DNA from: Yuukianura sp. NJ FZ-2021
Lineage: Eukaryota
Direction of reading: 5' to 3'
Length of the DNA: 64,000 bases
Assembly (NCBI GenBank): GCA_046563655.1
Contig: CM102285.1
Coordinates: 6,076,001-6,140,000 of the forward strand
A program made the position numbers and the translations under genes. The notes beneath the pieces were generated by a model. That model searched no databases, was not told where the DNA came from, and was given only the letters and a program-made list of their open reading frames with translations. This document shows positions 55,114 through 64,000 of the stretch, piece by piece. Position 1 is the stretch's first letter, and every line of letters starts with the position of its first letter.

Positions 55114-55653
55114 TATGGTTGACGTAAACTTGGGCGGCCAGACTGTCCCCAACCGTTTGAATTTTCGCGCTGCTTCCATTGTACCCACCCAGTGTCCCCA
55201 CCGGATAGATACATTTGCCCCACCACAACCAAAAGCAGTACGTCCACCTAGCGGCAATACAGTAACCTCTGAATTCAAGCTGGCAACGTTCCTTTCTTTT
55301 TGATTTGGTAAATCCTGTTATATTTTCCCGCGCCGAAGGCCCTGCGTTAGGTTTGGTAAAGAACGCAATACTGATTACGTCTGTAGGTTTAACTTATTGA
55401 GTTTCGCTATGTTGATTACACATGCCCTGGGTGGCTATGATGAAGCAATGGTACAACGTTGCCAGCTCGAATTCGCTAGTTCTACTTCAGCCGGAAGGGG
55501 GACTCGGTGTAAGGCTGGTGGGTACAGATTTGTCTCCACCAAGTGGAGACATTTGTCCCCACCAGATGGGGACAATGGGTGGAGACAATAGAAGCAGCGC
55601 GAAAATTTGAACGGGTGGGGACAGTCTGGCCGTCCAAGTTTACTTCGACCATA
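55114..55653. mobile_element. Aged MITE with ~100 bp imperfect terminal inverted repeats
   Basis: TATGGTTGACGTAAACTTGGGCGGCCAGACTGTCCCC.. is mirrored by ..GGGGACAGTCTGGCCGTCCAAGTTTACTTCGACCATA, with scattered mismatches. Confidence 0.75.
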
Positions 55654-56797
55654 AGTATTTCTCTCGTTGGGTGAAAAAAATTAACGTTATACACTAATCC
55701 TCAGAATATGTTTATTTTAATACGACGCGACGGTTTTGAATCGCCACTTGCGATTGCGAATCATCTTACAATTGGTTGTAAGTTATGAGTAAATTAAGTT
55801 GCAAGGAGTTGTTTAACAACGTTAATTATTCATTAAAAAATGAGTATAATGCAATTCAATTTTCGAAATTTTGAAAACAATACTTCCCAAGGTTTGCTGA
55901 CTTTGATTTTTTTAACAGGTTGGGTAATACCTCATGTTGTTTCGATTTTACAACCTTTCATTTTCGGGGATCGTACTCATAACAATACAGCCATTTTTTT
56001 GTAATTTTGCACAAGCATGCTGTGCATGCTTGCTGGGACTTTGCCCCAGACCCGTTTTTTAAAATTTTTCGTTTCAGCGACGTTCATATGAGAAAATCCA
56101 ACCACTTTATCTACAGACGTAGACTAACAAGAAAAAATTTAGGAATGCAAAGCCGGATTTATCGTGTATCTATTTCACGCTTATTAAAATGCATTTTGTA
56201 ATATTCGTTTGTTTTGTTGACGTCTTATGTTAAAGGACGGGAGTACTTTAAACGAACTAAAAAAAAACGCAAAGCATTACTTTACCCATAATAAAATCGT
56301 CCACTCTGTGATGACATGATGATAAAGCGTGACTTGAACATTGTAGAGATAAATCAGGTTTAATGATTGATAGTGATCTCCTGAAGTGAACTCCAAACAT
56401 TTGCTGTTATTGAACTAAAACAAACATTTCCAATGATTTGTTTTACCGACGCAAAAACTTCCAACGTTTTCTTTTATGACAACAAATGTATGCAATGGAA
56501 TTGAATGACCTGAGGGCAATACCATGTGCAAATATTTTGCCGAAGGAAAGTTCGAACACTCAGTCAATAAACTCCGCTAAAACAACAACAACCGCCACAG
56601 TAAAGAATTTCAAATCCTATAAATATGTTTCCAATTTGACAATTAAGTCATCAGTCACATCAAACTTTCAACCAAATAAACTATAACAGCGACAACGCGA
56701 CTATACGAACAATTTAACCAAAAAAAAAAAGCTTTTCGAAAAACTAAACTCAAGCTTTAAAACTTTTTGACATTTTTGTTTTGACTTCTTGGCAACA

Positions 56798-58274
56798 ATG
56801 AAGAGTAATTTTGGCAAGTTGTGCCTTGTGCTGCTGGTAACAGCACAATTTGCCTCCGCTTCGAAAATCGATCGGTCGTTACAAAAAGTCTTGCAGTCCA
56901 AAGGAAAAGCCAACGTTTTCGTTTCATTCAAAGAAGGAACCGCGGGAATTCTGAATTCCTTCAAAGACTTAACCTTTGACACTCGAGCAGACAAACTTAC
57001 TACACTGACGCTGAGCCTCAAAAACCACGCCAAAGCATCTCAAGCCCAAGTTTTCAAGACTTTGCTCGACTTCCCAAACTTACGAGTCCAAAGTTTCTGG
57101 ATTTCCAACCAAGTTTACATCAAGGAAGCTCCACTGGAATTGGTCCATCGTCTGGCTCTTCTACCCTCCGTGGCGTCTATTGACGAAGAAGTAGAGTCAC
57201 AATTGATGATGCCAGTAGTAGAATCAATGGATCCGTTTGCGCATGCGCCGAGAGCAGAAGAATGGGGTGTTACGATCATCCAGGCACCAGAAGCGTGGGG
57301 ATTGGACGGTGGAAACGATGGAGCAGGCGTTGTCATCTCCACGGTTGATACTGGAGTCAGATTTACACATGAAGCTTTGAGGTCCAATTTCATTGGAGAA
57401 TACGGTTGGTATGATCCGTACAAATTCACGGCTGAACCAAACGATCAAAATGGACATGGAACGCACGTCACGGGAACGATTGCTGGTCAAGGTAAAAGCT
57501 ACCAGTGATTTTTTTTTATTTAGAATGAATTTTGTTACGGATAGTTAACATGACTTTTTGCATGTAGGTGGAATCGGAGTTGCTCCAGGAGCTCAGTGGA
57601 TGGCGTGTAAAGGCTGTGCGTCATATTCTTGCGCGCAAGACGCTCTTTTGTCATGTGGTCAATTCATTTTGTGCCCAACCAATCCACAAGGTGAACAGGA
57701 AGATTGTAGCAAAGCACCACATCTCGTGAGTAACAGTTGGGGAGGTGGACAAGGGAAAGAAGTGTACCATCCAATGATCGATGCTTGGATTACCGCTGGA
57801 ATTGTTCCAGTTTTTGCCAACGGCAATGATGGTCCTCGGTGTGGGTCAGCCGGATCTCCAGCAGACCATCCTGGAGTCATCGGAGTCGGTTCAACGACCG
57901 ACACCGACAGTTTGTCTTCTTTCAGCAGCGTGGGTCCCAGCTACTATGGCGACATCAAACCTGACGTGTCTGCACCAGGCTCATCTATCCGCTCCTCCTA
58001 TCATACCAGTGACACTGCCTACAAAGTCATGTCTGGAACGTCGATGGCTTGTCCACATACTGCTGGTGTCGTTGCATTGCTCAAAAGCCGTGACATCAAT
58101 TTGTCCATTGAAAAAGTGAAGAGTCATTTATTCAAGGGGGTTGACCGTGAAGTGACCCCGACCGGTCAGAATTGCGGTGGTGTATCGGAAGACTCTTGGC
58201 CAAACCATGCCTTTGGACATGGTCGCATCAATGCACTCAAATCGTTAATGAGTTTACTAGAAGAATCTGGCTGA
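56798..58274 (+). CDS. Secreted subtilisin-family (S8) protease, bacillopeptidase F-like, copy B, 2 exons
   Basis: Paralog of 40182-41652. VDTG / HGTH / GTSMA motifs. Intron 57492-57567 at the same position. Confidence 0.93.
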
Positions 58275-59063
58275 GAAAATTACTAGTTAATGAGAAAATC
58301 ATTACTGAACAGAACCTTTTGTATTTTGTTAACTTCTCTTAATCACGTTGATTTTCCAGTGATTCTTAATTTTGATTAATTACAAAGTCTATTTCAAATC
58401 ATATCGAAAACTAATTGTTGTTATTTTTATAAGTAAAGATTAGGAATCACTTGTAATAAAGTTTAATCATTTTAAACTATTATGTTGTATCAAACCTGCC
58501 GCTTTTTAATTTAGCTTTTACTTTTAAAGCTTAGTTAAAACTAATTTTAGAAACAGTTTTAATCATGAGTCTTTTAAGTAAACCGCTTTCAAACATAAGC
58601 ACATGCTAGAAGCTAAGAAACCCACTAAAAATAGGTATAGTAATGGCGAGCATGCGTTTTACAAAATGTTAAGTTCAAGAGTTCAACAGAAAAATAAAGA
58701 AAGTTTCAAAGTATGTGTCGTTTGGAAAAGAAATAAAGTTTAGTAACGCAAAGTTAAATTGCATTTTTGCGGCTTTCAAGTGAACACTGAGGACTCTGCT
58801 ACTGTCTCATTTCAGAGTAATTCAATTAACGAAACGAAACCACATTTTACATTAACTAGATTAGTTTTGGTTAATGTTACAAGTACAACTCTAACTCTAC
58901 ACAGTTTACCAGTTCAAATACAGAATCCCACTCTCCGTTATGGTAAAGAGAAGTCAGACATTCATTCTTATATTCTGAGGAGTCTGAATAAGACAAATCC
59001 TCAGGTCAGCGGTCATCATCTCTCTCACAACGCTAGATTAGCGCTTGAATCAACATAGTTACA

Positions 59064-61682
59064 ATGGCAGAGTCTGTGTTATGTTTGAATAGCATTGGAT
59101 TTTGGACAATTGTTTTTGGTTTTATCTTCTTCTACTTCTTTTGGAAACAAAAACGAAAGTATCCGCCAGGTAGCAGAATTTTTTTGCTTTTAAGTTAAAA
59201 AAAAATACATCGACAAAACTTGTTTCAATAAATTATCACTTTATTATATCAAAATTTCTAATTTCAGATTTTCCAAATACGACTTGCTAAAGTAAGTTTT
59301 AACTTTTTCAGGACCATGGGGATTGCCTCTGATTGGCATGACCTTGTTTATCAGGGATGCGCAGTACAAAGTGTTTGGAAGATGGAGCAAAAAATACGGG
59401 CCAATTTTGAAAACGCGTGTAGGACTGTCAGAGTAATATTTCAAGTTATTTGTAATTTCAAAAACTGAGAAATAGAGGAAAAATGACGTAGTTTATTCTG
59501 CTTGAAAGTGAAATTAATTTTTGTAAATGTATTTTGTATATGTTGGTATTTAATGAAATGTAATATTCAAATAGTATCATCATCCTGGATGACAGTAACG
59601 TAATGAGACAAGCCTTGAATGACCCAGCTTTCAGTGGACGCGGAGAAAACAAAGTACTCAACATTATCGCCGGTGGGAAATACGGTAAAAACTATTTTTC
59701 TCGAATTATCACATTTAAATTCATTTGCATTGAATTCAACATCTTTTTGACGTAAACTTATTTTTGATTTAAAAATATTTCTCAACGTACGGCAAACACA
59801 GCGCTCCTATAATAAGGCAAAAACATTTAAGTTTAAAATTAACTTCTATTTTTATGAAGGCATAACTTCTAACGAAGGCGAAGATTGGATGGGTAAGTGT
59901 TTAAGATTTAGATGAAATAGTGAAATACTGTGGAAATGTAAACCGATACTTAACAATTTCTTGTTACACTATCATTCTAATTACAAAATCAAAACTCTTA
60001 ACAGAGCAACGTCGTTTTGTGCTAAGGCACCTTCGGGATTTTGGATTCGGAAAGCAATCGATGGAAGGAATCATCATGGCGGAAGTTTTGAATTTTTTAA
60101 AATGGGCAAAGCAAAATGAGGGCACGCCAACGGCTGTAAATAAGCGCTTAACTCTTGCAACACTTAACACGCTATGGACAATTGTAGCAGGCGAGACGAG
60201 AACTCAAGAAGACACTACGCTTAGTTCAAAAATCGATGAAGCAGACGAGTAAGAACAAAAGTTTGACAGTTTTTCAAACAGTGACAGTTGAAATGGTCAA
60301 AACAATTTGATCAAATGGTGAAAAGGCCAAAATGTGAAAATGTTACAAGTTACATGGATAGTAGGTTAATGTTTAGTTTGGTTCGATCTTCCCACTTTCT
60401 TGACTTTATCACTTTTTGAGGAAATTGATTTTGACCATATTACATGAACCCCCAGAACTTTTAAAAAAAGTGTAAAAACTATGGGTAAAAACTAACGTCT
60501 GGAACAATCAAACTCAGTCGTCGCACAGTAAAACTGCGAATAAGGAATGAAATGTTTAACTTTTTTCGGGTTTATTTCAAATTTAATAATTTCATTTACA
60601 ACTTTATCTTATCTTATATTTTATATAAAATTCATTTGTATTTTCTGACAGAGGTCTTCAAGCTCTTGCAAGAACATCCTATTTGGTACTTTTTCCAAAA
60701 CTGATAGACATTCTACCGAACTTCCTGCTTGGCCCTTGGTTCAAAGCCAAAAAAGGCATGGAAGGCCTAACAGCCGAGTTTCAAAAAACGATTCAAAACC
60801 ACAAAGATTTACAAGACGATGAAGAACCAAGAGATTTGATTGGTGTCTACCTTAAAGCTATCAAAAATGCAACAGAGGAAGACACAAGCTTCTACAAAGA
60901 ACATGGAGGTGAGGAAGCAACCTTTTATGAAAAAGTTTTTTTTAAAGTTTAGCTTAAATTCAAAAATTTTATTTTTTCAGAACGATCGTTGTTGGCAGTT
61001 GTTGGAGACATGTTTGCTGCTGGAGCTGGAGCAAGCTCTGAAACAATCAATTGGGCAATTCTCTACTTGGCGAAATATCCTGAAGTTCAAGTGAAATTTC
61101 AAAAAGAAATCGACTCTGTGATTGGTCAAAACCGATTGCCGTGTCTTTCTGACCGGAGCGGGTAAATAAGAGTTTGAATTTGTGTAATTATATTTTAATT
61201 GGTATTATGTAGGTGTGAATATTATTTTAAATATTTTTAGGATGCCTTTTACCGAAGCGTTGATCAATGAAGTTCTCCGATTTGCAAGTGTGGCTCCAAC
61301 AATTTTTCATTACACAGTGCAAGATACAGTGCTCGGAGGATACGAAATTAGAAAAGGCTCCACAATAATTTCAAACGTTTACTCTATTCATCATAATCCA
61401 AAAAATTGGGGCGATCCAGAAGTTTTTCGGCCGGAAAGATTTTTAAGCGCCGATGAGAAAACCTCAGTGAAATCCGAGCATTTAATTCCATTTGGAATTG
61501 GAAAAAGGCAGTGTATTGGAGAAACCCTGGCACGAATCAATTTCTTTCTCTTTTTTACCGGAATTTTTCAAAAATTCAAAGTACAGCTTGGACCTCAACA
61601 TCAACAGGCTTCACTTGAACCGAAACCTGGATTTATTTTGGAAGCTCAAGACTTCCAGGTCGTTTTCAAAGAACGAAAGTAA
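59064..61682 (+). CDS. Cytochrome P450, CYP2 clan, multi-exon
   Basis: ATG at 59064, N-terminal anchor, PPGPWGLPLIG, EQRRF..RHLRDFGFGK, EVLR, PERF, heme motif FGIGKRQCIG. Exons separated by GT-AG introns. Confidence 0.92.
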
Positions 61683-63510
61683 ATAAACGGATTTAAAATT
61701 TTGATTTTTTCTTTGCAAATACTGTATTGAATCGTAAATACAATTAAATTTCTTTCCCCATCACGTTCTACAAATATAATACGCCCGTCATACTTTTCCA
61801 TCACGATTGATGTCTGCCTGTTCCATAATCTACGCAATTGACATTTGGAATTCGTGGGTATACATCTAACCAAATCCAAAATATTTGGCATTTTCTCCTC
61901 GTCTGTAAAGGAAAAAAAAATGCTCCTAGTCTTATACAAATATAAAAAAAGTCCAATCGTGTTTTGTAGACCTTCGTTGATTTCTGCTGAGACTAGGTGA
62001 ATATTTTTTTAAATTAGATTTTCAGTTGCATAAAGAGGGATGAGCGTTAACTTTTGAAAAATCGTTTATTTTCATAAACTATTGTTTCTACCTACCGTTA
62101 AGGATCCCATTTGAAACAATCGCGAAGAAAACAATGAGTCGATTTCTTTTTATTATAAACACCCAAATGAATAGAAAATTATTAAAGGATGAAGTTATGG
62201 ACGGGTGAATAATATCTAATCTAAATAAGTGACGTGTGACGTGAAGTTCTTGTGCAATTGAATATGCTTATCAAAAAAAAATTAGCATTGCTAAACCCAT
62301 TGCACTCAAACGTTTTACTTTCAAGAGTGTACACAGAATTGTTTTTGCTATTTGACTTCTGCATTACAACTATTAATCGGGTTAAAACTTTAAATTATAT
62401 ACAAACATTTTTTAATTTACTCAGAAAGTTAGAAGTTAAGTTGTACCGTCAAAACTAACAATGAAACCAATAGTAGCAGAATCCGGATTTTCGAAGATGA
62501 GTTCTGATGAAATCTCCGAGCTACCTTCACTATTACTCCAACGGCTTCCAAAAGCAGCCCAGGTACTACTTGGTACTACAAACAACTTTATATACAGTAT
62601 ACTAAACATAAGTAAATAAGAATTACTACATTATGCTAATTTCTGAACACAAAGAATTTAAAAATTTTGCAAAAGCTACCTTCGGAATTTAGCATGGTTT
62701 TGGTTTGCAGAGGCACCTAGCAACGAAGTTTGATCATAAAATTGATCAGTGTGTCTAGAATTGGTTGTAAAAATTCCAGAACGTTGCAAAGTGACATTTA
62801 TGTCTTAAATTGGACATTTCTAAATACAAATAGTGCAAAAGTGCACAACATGAAGAGGCAACCATGATGAATAGAATTGCATAAATATGAGTTATGTAGT
62901 ACGAAAACGCAAAGCGGAAATAGTGCCGCGAAGAAAACCCATAAAAATAATCCTGTTGTAAAAATCATATACATATTACAAGATGTTTGTCAGTCTGGCC
63001 ATAGGCCCAAAAGCATTAGAGAAGGCTGACGTACACACTGTACTGTGTCATTGTTCCCTTCAACTAATACTTCTTACTAAACCACACTGTATGTCAACTG
63101 AACAATCAAATACATTCCATAATTTGTTGAGTTACCTAACTTAACCCCTACTTTAATCTATTTAGTGTTAGGTTAGGCAAACCAACCACATGTACAATTC
63201 GGGGTACAATCAGGGTGACATAACGTCTTTCTGACCGGGAAGTTTGTGGATGACTATTCCTCGGAAAAGAACTTTTCATCTGAAAGACGGTTGAAGTACA
63301 CTTTGTACTATGTCATTGTTCTCTTTTTTTTAACAGATTTTATTTTAATTCATATTTGTACCCCAAAGCATGTTAACGGAAAAAGAAGTACCGTTTGTAG
63401 TTTGATAATGATAACCAATCTAAGTAATATTACACAGTCTCTGTTGTGTGTGTGTCCTCTCTACGGGGTCTGGCTAAAAGTCGGATCTCGGATTCCTCGG
63501 ATTTCTATCC

Positions 63511-63721
63511 ACCCTCTGTGCGCATGACAATATACTCCTTTTATAAAAACACAAGGGTTGAAGTAAACTAAATACTAACTAATTGTACCATATTTTGGTT
63601 GGTCGATCGTTTTGTTAATTTAACGATTGGGGTATCGTTTTTTTTTAAATTAATCCGTCAAACTGGTACGTACGCAACACTCAAGAATCTTTGGCTGGCC
63701 AAAGGCCAGCCAAGATTCTTG
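63511..63721 (+). mobile_element. Helitron/Helentron-like repeat with 40 bp terminal hairpin, copy 2
   Basis: Diverged homolog of 48578-48784. Hairpin CAAGAATCTTTGGCTGGCC-AAA-GGCCAGCCAAGATTCTTG followed by TT. Confidence 0.6.
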
Positions 63722-63737
63722 TTTTACTCCGTAGCAG

Positions 63738-63906
63738 GTGAAATGGTCAGAAATATTTGGTCAGAAGTGAAATGATCAGAAGTGAAAAGGTCAGAATTCA
63801 AAAGATCTCAGGTTAGGTTTGGTTACGTTCCTTCCTTTTCTGACCTTTTTTTTCTGATCATTTCACTTTTGATCTTTTCACTTTCTGACCAAATCACATG
63901 GAACCG
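63738..63906. repeat. Degenerate palindromic MITE of GGTCAGAA subrepeats with central GGTTAGGTTTGGTT; related copy at ~60290-60450
   Basis: Left-arm subrepeats (TGGTCAGAA, TGATCAGAA) are mirrored by TTCTGACC/TTCTGATCA in the right arm. A similar right end TGACCA.AT.ACATG..ACC occurs in the P450 intron. Confidence 0.5.
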
Positions 63907-64000
63907 TTTTACTCATAAGAGAAAATTAGCTTCAGTTTGCGTCGTTTTAGCTGTAGCTTCGCCTCGATCAGTAAAGAATGGCTTTACAGTAGACGTATTA

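Noticed and set aside
19557..61682. Treating NRPS + transporter + proteases + P450 + transcription factors as one biosynthetic gene cluster
   Set aside because: The transporter is broken, the other genes are 20-40 kb away and interspersed with unrelated host genes, and there is no co-regulation evidence from sequence alone.
1..64000. Bacterial or fungal contaminant contig, operon, CRISPR array or anti-phage system
   Set aside because: Flanking genes have spliceosomal introns and animal-specific families (class A GPCR, ZAD-ZNF, IR-like, CYP2 clan). No repeat-spacer array, rRNA or tRNA was seen.

Overview
AT-rich eukaryotic DNA with short GT-AG introns, TTAGG arrays and TATA/Inr promoters. It is very likely arthropod, and the gene content suggests a soil hexapod such as a springtail (inference). 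The dominant feature is an intronless ~17.6 kb ORF (1981-19557) encoding a five-module nonribosomal peptide synthetase (C*-A-T-C-A-T-E-C-A-T-C-A-T-C-A-T-TE). Its C, E and TE domains resemble delta-(L-alpha-aminoadipyl)-L-cysteinyl-D-valine (ACV) synthetase, but the module number, epimerase position and A-domain pockets differ, so it should make a different pentapeptide with a D-residue at position 2. The rest of the window is ordinary-looking animal DNA: a sugar-transporter remnant, an aminergic-like GPCR lacking Asp3.32, an amidated-peptide precursor, a decayed Tc1/mariner transposase, an intronless ionotropic-receptor-like gene, a GRIP-like PDZ gene and a KP6-like Cys-rich secreted protein. 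Two bacillopeptidase-F-like S8 proteases flank two ZAD + multi-Myb/SANT + C2H2 genes, followed by a CYP2-clan P450 with an atypical I-helix. Several MITE, foldback and Helitron-like repeats are present, including an 895 bp palindrome. All calls come from reading motifs by eye; no database searches were run.
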